Shown piece by piece: positions 27,817-36,669 of a stretch of DNA of 64,000 bases (positions within the stretch are counted from its first letter, which is position 1; each line of letters begins with the position of its first letter). The notes beneath the pieces were generated by a model that worked only from the letters and a program-made list of their open reading frames with translations, was not told the origin of the DNA and did not search any database. The position numbers and the translations under genes were made by a program. Source of the DNA: Minisyncoccia bacterium (GTDB lineage Bacteria > Patescibacteriota > Minisyncoccia > 2-02-FULL-40-12 > IGHO2-01-FULL-4-A); contig JBEKBN010000003.1 of NCBI GenBank assembly GCA_050015375.1, positions 16,127 through 80,126 of the forward strand. The letters run 5' to 3'.

Positions 27817-28985
27817 AAATAGCCATTTTCAGCGATTCATTCTATCCAGACATCAACGGCGTCGCCAACACCGTTCTTGAGTCAGCTCAGAATCTTTCCG
27901 ATGCCGGCCACTCGGTCTTGGTTTGCGCGCCGTCAAGTTGCACGAAAGAACAGCTTACAGACCGTTTCGGAGAAAAATTCGAGGTTCGGAAAATTCCTTC
28001 AGTGCCGTTTTTCGGCTACTCCGATGTCCGGATGGCGTTTCCTAACGGCTCGGCTTTTTTCCGTTTCATCAAAAATAAATTCCGTCCCGATATAATCCAC
28101 TCCCACACTTTTTTCGGGGTCGGCTGGGAAGCCGTCGCCCACGCCAAGCTTTTGAAAATTCCTCTCATCGGCACCCACCACACTTTTTACGACCATTATC
28201 TGAAGCATGTGAAATTGGATTATTCTTGGGCTAAAAAACTTTCTTGGCGGGTCACGGTTGCTTATTACAATCTTTGTGATTCGATAATCAGTCCGTCCAG
28301 AGCTTTGGGCAAAGAACTCAACAGCCGCGGTTTGAAAAAAAATATCGAATTCATCCCCAATTCCATTAATGAACTTTTTTTCAAACCGATGCCAAGCGCT
28401 GGCGAGAAAAAAGAATTGGCGAAGAAGCTCGGTTTAAACCGGCCGGTGGTGGTTTATATGGGACGGGTCAGCTACGAAAAAAGCATTGACCAAGTTCTTA
28501 AGGCCTTCGCCATATTTTCAAAACGGATTCCGAAAGCGATACTGATGATCATCGGCGACGGTCCGGAGAAAAAAAATTTGGAAAAATTGGCAAAACGGCT
28601 CTGCATCGAATCAAAAACCAAATTCACCGGATTTCTCAATGGCCAAGAATTGCTCAAGGCCATGCAAGCAAGCGATATTTTCGTGACCGCCAGCAAAAGC
28701 GAGAACATGCCTTTGTCGGTCCTGGAAGCCATGGCCGCGGGTTTGCCGGTGGTGGCGGCAGCCGAGAAAGGACTGCCCGAGATCGTCAAGGATGGCGTCA
28801 ACGGTTTTCTAGTTGAAGCCGATCGGCCGGATTTGATGGCTCATAAATTATATAAGCTCGCCAGCCAACCGAAGTTGATGTTAAAATTCGCTATGGCATC
28901 GCAAACTGAAGCCCGCCAATATTCAAAGGAAGCCGTAACCCAAAAATTGGTCAACACCTATAACCAATTGATAAAAACCATATGA
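27813..28985 (+). CDS. GT4 family glycosyltransferase
   Basis: GT-B fold with C-terminal EX7E motif (ENMPLSVLEAMAAGLPVV). Confidence 0.8.
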   Translation: MKIAIFSDSFYPDINGVANTVLESAQNLSDAGHSVLVCAPSSCTKEQLTDRFGEKFEVRKIPSVPFFGYSDVRMAFPNGSAFFRFIKNKFRPDIIHSHTFFGVGWEAVAHAKLLKIPLIGTHHTFYDHYLKHVKLDYSWAKKLSWRVTVAYYNLCDSIISPSRALGKELNSRGLKKNIEFIPNSINELFFKPMPSAGEKKELAKKLGLNRPVVVYMGRVSYEKSIDQVLKAFAIFSKRIPKAILMIIGDGPEKKNLEKLAKRLCIESKTKFTGFLNGQELLKAMQASDIFVTASKSENMPLSVLEAMAAGLPVVAAAEKGLPEIVKDGVNGFLVEADRPDLMAHKLYKLASQPKLMLKFAMASQTEARQYSKEAVTQKLVNTYNQLIKTI

Positions 28986-29983
28986 AAGTTTGTTTGTATC
29001 TTGAATTTCTTTATTTTTGGGACGGATTTTTATACAAAAAGATCGGCACCGGACTTTTGTCATCCTATAAAAATCAGAAGATCATGCTCGAGAGGATGGG
29101 TATTGAATATGTTGAAAAATGGGATGACTCTTGCGACATCCTGCAGATAAATACTCCCTGGCCGAAATCGCTTTGGCTGATGAAAAGAGCCAGGAGAAAA
29201 GGTAAGAAAATAATCGTCTGGTCGCATGTTACAGCCGAGGACACTCAAGGCGTGTTCAAGATAACCAAATATATTTTCGGACTGATAAAATGGTATCTCA
29301 AACACGCCTACGATTCAGCCGATTTGATATTGGCGCCAAGCGAATACACCAAATCGCTTTTGGTCGCCTACGGCATCAGCCCTGATAAAATTGTCGCCCA
29401 GTCGAACGGCGTTGACCTGAAAAAATATTATCCCGACCGCGAGCGTGGTCTGAAAACACGGGAACAATTCGGTTTGAACAAGACGGTCGTCGGCACTGTC
29501 GGCTTGGTCATTCCCAGGAAGGGGATAGATATTTTCATTGAGCTGGCGAAAAAATTTCCTGATTGCCAATTCATTTGGTTCGGGAAAATTTACAGCACAG
29601 CGCTGGTGAGATCATTGCCCAAAGAAATTCCCGCCAATTGCCGATTTACCGGTTATGTTGACGATATTCTGGGTGCGTTCAATGCTATTGATATTTTCAT
29701 ATTTCCATCGGTCGAGGAGAATCAGGGAATGGTCATTCTGGAAGCGGCGGCCGTCGGTTTGCCGATCTTGGTGCGGGATATTCCCGTTTATCGGGGCTGG
29801 CTGGAGCACGAGAAAAATTGCCTTAAGGCCAATAACGACGGCGATTTCCAAAACGAATTGGCTCGTCTTATCGCCGGCAAAGAGTTTCGCCAACAGCTGG
29901 TAAATGGCGAAAAAGATCTGGTTTACCAAAACGACATTGACCGGTTAGGCGAAAAAATGATGATATTGTACCAAAACTTTTAG
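28982..29983 (+). CDS. GT4 family glycosyltransferase
   Basis: EENQGMVILEAAAVGLPIL EX7E motif. 4-nt overlap with the upstream GT gene. Confidence 0.75.
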   Translation: MKVCLYLEFLYFWDGFLYKKIGTGLLSSYKNQKIMLERMGIEYVEKWDDSCDILQINTPWPKSLWLMKRARRKGKKIIVWSHVTAEDTQGVFKITKYIFGLIKWYLKHAYDSADLILAPSEYTKSLLVAYGISPDKIVAQSNGVDLKKYYPDRERGLKTREQFGLNKTVVGTVGLVIPRKGIDIFIELAKKFPDCQFIWFGKIYSTALVRSLPKEIPANCRFTGYVDDILGAFNAIDIFIFPSVEENQGMVILEAAAVGLPILVRDIPVYRGWLEHEKNCLKANNDGDFQNELARLIAGKEFRQQLVNGEKDLVYQNDIDRLGEKMMILYQNF

Positions 29984-30645
29984 CCCTCTTCGCGGGAGAG
30001 TTTGAAGTCGCGGGAGAAAAAGTAAATCGCAAGAGAATAAATGCTATAAGCCATGAACGGAGCGGCGAAGACATCGATCGAATAATGGATGCGGGCGATG
30101 AGCATACTGGCGCCGAAAAACACAGTGGCCAAAAGATAAAGATAACGCCATATCTTTTCCGGCCAAAATATCAGCGCCATCAGGAAGGGAACGCCGGTAT
30201 GGGCCGAAAAGAAATAGTCGTTGCTGGTATTGTAAAGAATATTGTAAAGCCAATAGCCCCAGTCATTGTGATTTAAAACCAACTGATTGGGATATGCGCC
30301 CAAGTGGGTCAAACTTATCAGAACCGCCCGGATAACCAGAAAAAGGGCGTATGATTTTAGAACAAAACTAAGATACTTCGGTTTGTATAAACAAAGAAAG
30401 ACAGTCAGGAAGGTTATGAACAGCGTGCTTTGGATGATCAAACTATCAATATCCAGTATCGGCAAACGACTCAATAGGATATCGCCGGCAGGAGCTGCGG
30501 GGACATGGCTGACATAGCGGTCGGCGAAGCCCTGGATGACCAAGGCAATAGCTAAAAGGCAAACGCCAACCAACAACGACCCGGCATTCTTCCAGGTCCA
30601 GAACTTCTTGTGATATTCGTGAACTTTTCTGACTGATCTGTGCAT
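29980..30645 (-). CDS. PAP2 / sphingomyelin-synthase-like membrane protein
   Basis: SAHTGV and RIHYSIDV correspond to the SGHT / HYTxDV motifs. Multi-TM. Confidence 0.5.
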   Translation of the reverse strand: MHRSVRKVHEYHKKFWTWKNAGSLLVGVCLLAIALVIQGFADRYVSHVPAAPAGDILLSRLPILDIDSLIIQSTLFITFLTVFLCLYKPKYLSFVLKSYALFLVIRAVLISLTHLGAYPNQLVLNHNDWGYWLYNILYNTSNDYFFSAHTGVPFLMALIFWPEKIWRYLYLLATVFFGASMLIARIHYSIDVFAAPFMAYSIYSLAIYFFSRDFKLSREEG

Positions 30646-30691
30646 AAGCGATCTTATTATGGTATCTTAATTGTAAAAAAGAATAAATATA

Positions 30692-31450
30692 ATGTCAAAA
30701 TACTACACTCCCAACAAACAACGGAATCTCTATAACCCCGCCTCGGCCGTGCCCTTTCGATTAAGTCGGAGCCGGATAGACAAATTTCTCAATTGTCCGA
30801 GATGTTTTTATATTGACCGGCGCCTGGGCGTTGATTGGCCTCCCGGCTATCCTTTCAGTTTGAACTCGGCCGTGGATGCGCTTTTGAAAAAGGAATTCGA
30901 CATCCACCGCGCCAAAGGCACGGCCCACCCGTTGATGAAAAAATACGGCATTGACGCGGTGCCATACGATCACGAGAAGATCGAGGAGTGGCGGGATTCG
31001 TTGAAAAGAGGAATAACTTATCATTTCGGTAAAACGAATCTGATGATCACCGGAGGAGTGGATGATGTTTGGGTCAACCCGAAAGGGGAATTGCACATCG
31101 TTGATTACAAAGCCACTTCCAAAAAAGATGAAGTTAATCTGGATGCCGAGTGGCAGATCGGTTATAAGCGGCAGATGGAAATTTACCAGTGGCTTTTTCG
31201 GAAGAACGGTTTCAATGTCTCCAAAATCGGTTATTTCGTCTATTGCAACGGCAATAGCGACAAAGAGGCCTTCGACGGCAAACTGGAATTCGATATCAAA
31301 GTTATTCCCTATGAAGGCGATGATTCCTGGGTTGAGAAAACCCTACAAGACATCCACAAATGCCTTAACAGCGACAAACTGCCGGCTTCCGGCCCTGATT
31401 GTGACTATTGCAAATACCGCTCGGCGGTGAGAAAACTTGGCGTGGAGTAG
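30692..31450 (+). CDS. Cas4-like PD-(D/E)xK nuclease (DUF83-type, 4-Cys)
   Basis: N-terminal CPRC, core LHIVDYKATSKK (D..K), QxxxY-like EIYQW, C-terminal CDYCKY. No CRISPR array or cas genes in the window. Confidence 0.55.
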   Translation: MSKYYTPNKQRNLYNPASAVPFRLSRSRIDKFLNCPRCFYIDRRLGVDWPPGYPFSLNSAVDALLKKEFDIHRAKGTAHPLMKKYGIDAVPYDHEKIEEWRDSLKRGITYHFGKTNLMITGGVDDVWVNPKGELHIVDYKATSKKDEVNLDAEWQIGYKRQMEIYQWLFRKNGFNVSKIGYFVYCNGNSDKEAFDGKLEFDIKVIPYEGDDSWVEKTLQDIHKCLNSDKLPASGPDCDYCKYRSAVRKLGVE

Positions 31451-31453
31451 ATT

Positions 31454-32188
31454 TTAGATTTCGATTTCGGCGGAAATCTTATCAATGAAAGAAAAGAAAT
31501 GTTCCGAACGCATGTCGCGGGGACGAGTTAAATTTATCTCGTGGATTTGTTTGACACTGGAAGGGCGTTTCGAGACAACCACCACTCGGTCCGACATTTG
31601 AAGGGCTTCTTCGATGAGATGGGTGACCATAACGATAGTCATGCCGTATTTTTCCCAGATGTTCAGAAGATCGGTCCGTAATTTTTGGGCGGTGAAAGTG
31701 TCCAAACTGGAGAACGGCTCGTCCATCAAAAGTAATTCCGGACTGACGGCTAGAGCCCGGGCTAAACCGACGCGTTGGCGCATGCCGCCGGAAAGTTCCT
31801 TGGGCAACTTCTTTTCAAAACCGGCCAGGCCAACTTCGGCGACTTTTTCGTCAACGATCATTCGCCGTTGTTTTGTCGGCATACCGGCCATTTTCAATCC
31901 AAACTCGATATTCTCCGAAACCGTCAGCCACGGAAAAATAGCGAAGTTCTGGAAAACCATCGCCATCTTTTTCACGTTTATTTCCAATCTGCCATGAGTC
32001 GGTTTCAATAATCCGGAAATGATCCGGAGCAAAGTTGATTTTCCGCAACCGGACGGACCGACGATTGATAAGAATTCACCCTTGCCGACATCGAACGAAA
32101 TATTTTTAAGGATTTCAAAATCCTTGCGATTTTCCTCTTTGACGCGATACGACAGATCCTCGATTTTTAGAACCGTTTCATTCGGCAT
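31454..32188 (-). CDS. ABC transporter ATP-binding protein (NitT/TauT-like)
   Basis: Walker A GPSGCGKST, signature LSGGMRQRV, Walker B LLLMDEPFSSLD. Confidence 0.85.
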   Translation of the reverse strand: MPNETVLKIEDLSYRVKEENRKDFEILKNISFDVGKGEFLSIVGPSGCGKSTLLRIISGLLKPTHGRLEINVKKMAMVFQNFAIFPWLTVSENIEFGLKMAGMPTKQRRMIVDEKVAEVGLAGFEKKLPKELSGGMRQRVGLARALAVSPELLLMDEPFSSLDTFTAQKLRTDLLNIWEKYGMTIVMVTHLIEEALQMSDRVVVVSKRPSSVKQIHEINLTRPRDMRSEHFFSFIDKISAEIEI

Positions 32189-32915
32189 AATTTTGAGATT
32201 TTTTAAGCAAAGGCATCCAAATCAACTTGTTTATTGAAAACACGAGCAGGAGCAAGGCCACTACTCCAAAGATAAGGGTTCCTTTATTTACGCCGGCGGC
32301 GGAATTGAGGAAGGCGCCGATGCCATTGGAAAGACCGATTATCTCGATGCCGATGATCGCTTCCCAACCGATACTGATGCCGACGATCGAACCGGTGATT
32401 ATCGCCGGGAAACTCAAGGGAATGAGGTAATTAAAAACCCGTTTGGCGCCGACAGCTCCGAAAACCGTGGCCGCTTCGTTTAGATCGCTTTTGGCCGTTC
32501 GGAAAGCGCTTAAGATGCTGAACAATATCGGCCAAAGAATGGATGAGGTGGCAAATAGTATCGCCATCTGATTTGTGTAACCGAACGCAAGCACGAAAAT
32601 AGGAATGAGCGCGAACGAAGGCAAGTTTTGGAGAAGATCAAAAACCGGCACGAAGAAATCGCCGACTTTGCCATGGCCCAGAAGCACCGCCAAAATTATG
32701 GCGGCAACCAGTGAGATAATGTAAGCGACAAGCAGGCGGTACAGCGACAGACCCAAACCGATGGCCAAAGCCGCGGAAGAAACTTGGCTGACCCGGCCGA
32801 TCAGCAAAATAAAAACTATCGGCAAAATAATAACGCCAAAGGCGATCAAAACATGAGCTCGTTTTTTGTAGACCCTGAATCCGTGCGATGAATGAACCAC
32901 GGTACTATTATACAA
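32178..32915 (-). CDS. ABC transporter permease (NitT/TauT-like)
   Basis: 6-TM permease. Overlaps the ATPase gene by 11 nt. Confidence 0.7.
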   Translation of the reverse strand: MYNSTVVHSSHGFRVYKKRAHVLIAFGVIILPIVFILLIGRVSQVSSAALAIGLGLSLYRLLVAYIISLVAAIILAVLLGHGKVGDFFVPVFDLLQNLPSFALIPIFVLAFGYTNQMAILFATSSILWPILFSILSAFRTAKSDLNEAATVFGAVGAKRVFNYLIPLSFPAIITGSIVGISIGWEAIIGIEIIGLSNGIGAFLNSAAGVNKGTLIFGVVALLLLVFSINKLIWMPLLKKSQNYAE

Positions 32916-32970
32916 TTATCCGAAATCACAAACAATTGTCTTTTTGCGATTCGCAATCTATAATTAAAAA

Positions 32971-33513
32971 ATGCTTCCGCCCGGACACATCGCCGCCGGC
33001 TATCTGGCGGCCTATGCTTTGATAAAAATCACCAAGCCGGTTCTCACCACTGGTCAGATCGATCAGCTTTTGTGGTTTGGGGCGCTGATGGGGTTTGTTC
33101 CCGATTTGGATACTTTTTTTAGTTTCACGCGAGTCGGCTCTTTTACTTTTAACGCCGACAAAACTGATCATAGGAAATATTTTACCCATGCGCCGATCTT
33201 TTGGCTGGTTGTCGGTTTGTCGATCTTTTTCACAGCGCCATCTTTGTTCATAAAATACGTCGGACTTATTATTTGGCTCGGACCGTGGTCGCATTTTTTT
33301 TGGGATTCACTACAATACGGTATCCCGTGGCTTTGGCCTTTCAAAAAAGATATTTACGCTTTCAGGGACAAAGAAATGAATTATGAAGGGCCGCCGGAAC
33401 CGTTTTTCAAATACTGGTTCTCGTTTTTAAAATTATATATCACTAAAGCCAAAATGACGTTTTACACCGAGATAATCTTGATCGTCTTGGCGCTAATTTC
33501 TCTGGTGAAATAG
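32971..33513 (+). CDS. membrane protein (possible DUF457 metal-dependent hydrolase-like)
   Basis: MLPPGHIAAGYLAAYAL. Hydrophobic. Confidence 0.3.
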   Translation: MLPPGHIAAGYLAAYALIKITKPVLTTGQIDQLLWFGALMGFVPDLDTFFSFTRVGSFTFNADKTDHRKYFTHAPIFWLVVGLSIFFTAPSLFIKYVGLIIWLGPWSHFFWDSLQYGIPWLWPFKKDIYAFRDKEMNYEGPPEPFFKYWFSFLKLYITKAKMTFYTEIILIVLALISLVK

Positions 33514-33522
33514 AAAAACCCC

Positions 33523-33933
33523 ATGGTCATCAAAAAAATATCCGTTTTCGGCAATCCGGACCTGAAATCGGATTCTTTACCCCTTGGAATTTTGCCGCGA
33601 CTCCAGAAAAAATTTCCGGAAATCGAATTTTTGGTTGAAGATCCGAATGAGTTGAATTTACCGGCGTCCGATACATGGATAATTGTTGACACCGTGGCCG
33701 GCATAAAACAAGTTCAACTGCTCGCCCCCGAAAATATCAAATCCTTCGCGAAAAGCCGGGTCTCAATGCATGATTTTGATTTGAAAACCCATCTGTTCTG
33801 GATAAAAAAAATAAAGAAGAATTTAAAAATAAAGATCATCGGTATTCCGCCGATGATCTCGGAAAAGCTAGCGCTCAAAGAAGCGTCCAATATCATTGCC
33901 ACTTTATTTCCAGAAAATGGGCGGCGCAACTGA
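33523..33933 (+). CDS. hydrogenase maturation protease (HycI/HyaD-like)
   Basis: VFGNPDLKSDSLPLGILP...WIIVDTVAG...SMHDFDL...IIGIPP. Confidence 0.6.
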   Translation: MVIKKISVFGNPDLKSDSLPLGILPRLQKKFPEIEFLVEDPNELNLPASDTWIIVDTVAGIKQVQLLAPENIKSFAKSRVSMHDFDLKTHLFWIKKIKKNLKIKIIGIPPMISEKLALKEASNIIATLFPENGRRN

Positions 33934-35212
33934 TGCAGGGATCATAAGCTCGGATCAATTTCTCGATCTCATGCTGGATCTCGCCTTTTAACTCGCCGAA
34001 GTTTTTAACGGAGGTGGCTTTTAGGTTTTCATTAATCATTGATTCAACCAGCCGGGCGATATCCTCCTCGATGTTCAACTGATTTTGGCCCGTCGGGACG
34101 ATGATGGCGCCATCTTTGACGATACCGTCCGCGCCGACGACGACTTTGTGGTAGAGCGTGCCCCGCGGCGCTTCAATGACACCAACGCCGATACCGGCGG
34201 CGATCGGTTTAGTCACGATTGGTTCATTGACAAATTTATTTGTTCTTAAAATATCTAAAGCGTCGTCAATGGAATGCAGGATCTCGATCGCTTGAGCGAG
34301 ATTATTCAAATAAATATCGGTTGATGGGAAAAGATCAAGCAACGCGCCGAGAGTTTCTTTTGTTTTCGGATTCAACAGATCCTTCGCCAGATTCATGCGG
34401 GCCAACGCGCCGACCATATAAGAATCGCCTTCGTGTTTGTAGGCCGAGGCCTGGGAGTAGGGAAGAACAACGCGCTCAAGATAGGACGCGTAGTTTTCTT
34501 CACTGATCTCTTCGCCGTCGCTGTTCTTAATAACACCATTCAAAAAGCCATACCTTTCCGGAACCAGAGCCATGAAGCCCGTCTTGCGGTCGAAATGCCA
34601 GGGGGCATTTTTGAAAATATCGATCAGCCGCAAAACCGCCGGCCGGATCTCCTCCAATTTTTTGATGGCACCGTCAATTCCGGCTTGATCCGGAAAATGA
34701 GTGAAACCACCAATGGTCGGATAGGGCGCGTGAACCGAACGACCGGCGATCAGCATTGAGAGAAAATTACCGGCGGCTTTGATGTCAAAAGCGTCGTGAA
34801 GGATCTGATGTTCGGTTTCGATATTTTCGTCAAAATCAAGGAACGAATCTTTGTTATAGAGGTCGGGCATCACGAACAAATATAGATGCAAAGCGTGATC
34901 GCGGATCATCAAACCGTACATGGTCAGCGTCCTCAACAAAACCGTCTGGGATGACGGCGTGATGCCCAGCGCTTTCTCGCAGGCCTCAATGGAGACCATG
35001 ATGTGGGCGTTCGAACAGGTGCCACAAATCCGCGATAACAACTGAGGCAGGGCGGCAATGGGTTTGCCTTTCATGGCTTCGGTGTAGAACCTTTTATATT
35101 CGCTGATGATGAATTCAACTTTCTCGACTTTGCCGTCGTTGATTTTCACGTTCAAAGACGCCTCGCCCTCGATCTTGGTCAACGATTCGATTGTGATGTC
35201 GGTTGTGTGCAT
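33893..35212 (-). CDS. [NiFe]-hydrogenase large subunit (group 3-like, 439 aa)
   Basis: N-terminal RICGTCSNAH and C-terminal DPCISCAAH nickel-binding motifs. Confidence 0.85.
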   Translation of the reverse strand: MHTTDITIESLTKIEGEASLNVKINDGKVEKVEFIISEYKRFYTEAMKGKPIAALPQLLSRICGTCSNAHIMVSIEACEKALGITPSSQTVLLRTLTMYGLMIRDHALHLYLFVMPDLYNKDSFLDFDENIETEHQILHDAFDIKAAGNFLSMLIAGRSVHAPYPTIGGFTHFPDQAGIDGAIKKLEEIRPAVLRLIDIFKNAPWHFDRKTGFMALVPERYGFLNGVIKNSDGEEISEENYASYLERVVLPYSQASAYKHEGDSYMVGALARMNLAKDLLNPKTKETLGALLDLFPSTDIYLNNLAQAIEILHSIDDALDILRTNKFVNEPIVTKPIAAGIGVGVIEAPRGTLYHKVVVGADGIVKDGAIIVPTGQNQLNIEEDIARLVESMINENLKATSVKNFGELKGEIQHEIEKLIRAYDPCISCAAHFLEIKWQ

Positions 35213-35692
35213 TTATTTTCTTAATTCGGTTATCAACGCGGTGGCTTTATTAACAAAATCCTCCGGGTCCATTGGACATCCCGGAACTTCGGCATCAACT
35301 TTGACAATGTCCGAGACCTTCAGAACTTTCGGCAGTGCGGCGAATTGATCCAAAAACGGCTGGATGCTTTGTTTTTGTTCGACGTTGAAAAAATTCCTTT
35401 GGCCTGACGGCATTCCGACTACGGCGCAGGCGCCGACGGCGACAAGTTTTTTCGATAGGTCGCGGATCTGTTTAAGTTTGTCGATTTGTTTTTGGGAGGC
35501 GATAGAACCTTCAATGAAAGCGATGTCGAACGGTTCCATTGTATTTTTGGTTTTCAAGGCCCGGAAATTCTTAAATTCCAAAATTTTGCTCCATTCTAAC
35601 CAATGGTCGTTCAAAAGCTCAGTCATCACGATCGTGTTGTCTTCGCAGCAGGAAAATGTGAACCAAGCGCATTTTAGTTTTTGGTCGGCCAT
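35213..35692 (-). CDS. [NiFe]-hydrogenase small subunit (group 3-type, 159 aa)
   Basis: FSCCEDNT, GACAVVG and PGCPM Cys motifs of the proximal FeS cluster. Abuts the large subunit gene. Confidence 0.75.
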   Translation of the reverse strand: MADQKLKCAWFTFSCCEDNTIVMTELLNDHWLEWSKILEFKNFRALKTKNTMEPFDIAFIEGSIASQKQIDKLKQIRDLSKKLVAVGACAVVGMPSGQRNFFNVEQKQSIQPFLDQFAALPKVLKVSDIVKVDAEVPGCPMDPEDFVNKATALITELRK

Positions 35693-35702
35693 AATTTTGT
35701 TT

Positions 35703-35872
35703 GACGGATGATACCTCCTATCACCACTTGAATCCCCAGCGAGGATTCTACGTTCTCTCGAAGTTTGTGGATTCTGGCGAGAGAAAAAATGATTATTGAA
35801 ATATTATATCATTTTTTCTCTCGCCAGACCGTGCAATCCACAACTTCGAGAGTGCTAGGAAGTATCATCCGT
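35703..35872. repeat. intergenic imperfect-palindrome element, copy 1 (family with conserved CCCAGCGAG and GACCGTGCAATCCACAA bulges)
   Basis: Arms gacggatgatac/gtatcatccgtc. ~90% identical to copy 2, with compensatory stem changes. Confidence 0.8.
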
Positions 35873-36669
35873 CAAGCCCTATCGTTATTTGCAAATCTAG
35901 TACTCATTCTAGTATATTTTTCCAAATATTTCACTTGACGATTTGTTAATATCTCGCAGGGCTGGTCCCAGTGGATCGAAATCATGTCTCCTGGCTTCAC
36001 CTCTTCCATAAAATCGTCATGCAATTTCCGGTGAATGATTTTGTCATATTCTGACCCGAAAGTAAAACCGGCAGGTTCAGAAAAAACCAGTGACTGAGTT
36101 TTTACGGTTAGCGCCGGCCCGTCAATTTTGATGATTTTTCCCCAGCTAACTCGGCAATGGTCGACATCGTCATAAGTTTTCAGTTCCATGAAATCCTGTT
36201 TTTTCTTCCAAATGTTATAAACATGAAAAGTGTGGTGCATTCTTGCCCCCACACCAAACAAGGATTGTTTGAACCCTGCGCTTGAAGCGCTTATCCTTGT
36301 TTGGTGTGGGGGTGAACCCCCTAGTTTATCTCTTAATATTTTAAATTCCTTTGGGCTTAATTTTTTATCAACTTGTGTCTCGATCAAGTGTTCATAAAAA
36401 TTTTTTTTGCCGATATTTTCCAGAAGTTCATTGCCCAGCCAGTATGCCTCAACAACTTTGTCGTCAAAGGGGTCTTTGATCTTATTGGCTTCGGCGATCT
36501 TTTGTAAATACGGATACATGGTTTTGAATTGTTTTAATAATAAAACCAATCCCTTGTCGGGACTTTGTTCGGTGATGTAACTCAAAACTTCTTTATTCGC
36601 TTCCGGCCCGCAAAGATGCAACCGGTTGGGTCCGAAAGCATAGCGGACGCAGCGCTGGAGGCCGTCCAT
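35872..36669 (-). CDS. hypothetical protein with an in-frame palindromic insertion
   Basis: 265-aa ORF. The 36246-36312 palindrome encodes ...GSPPHQTRISASSAGFKQSLFGVG... Confidence 0.4.
   Translation of the reverse strand: MDGLQRCVRYAFGPNRLHLCGPEANKEVLSYITEQSPDKGLVLLLKQFKTMYPYLQKIAEANKIKDPFDDKVVEAYWLGNELLENIGKKNFYEHLIETQVDKKLSPKEFKILRDKLGGSPPHQTRISASSAGFKQSLFGVGARMHHTFHVYNIWKKKQDFMELKTYDDVDHCRVSWGKIIKIDGPALTVKTQSLVFSEPAGFTFGSEYDKIIHRKLHDDFMEEVKPGDMISIHWDQPCEILTNRQVKYLEKYTRMSTRFANNDRA
36246..36312. repeat. GC-rich perfect inverted repeat (20-bp arms cccccacaccaaacaaggat / atccttgtttggtgtggggg) inside a CDS
   Basis: Arms are exact reverse complements. The spacer contains gcgcttgaagcgc. Confidence 0.8.
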
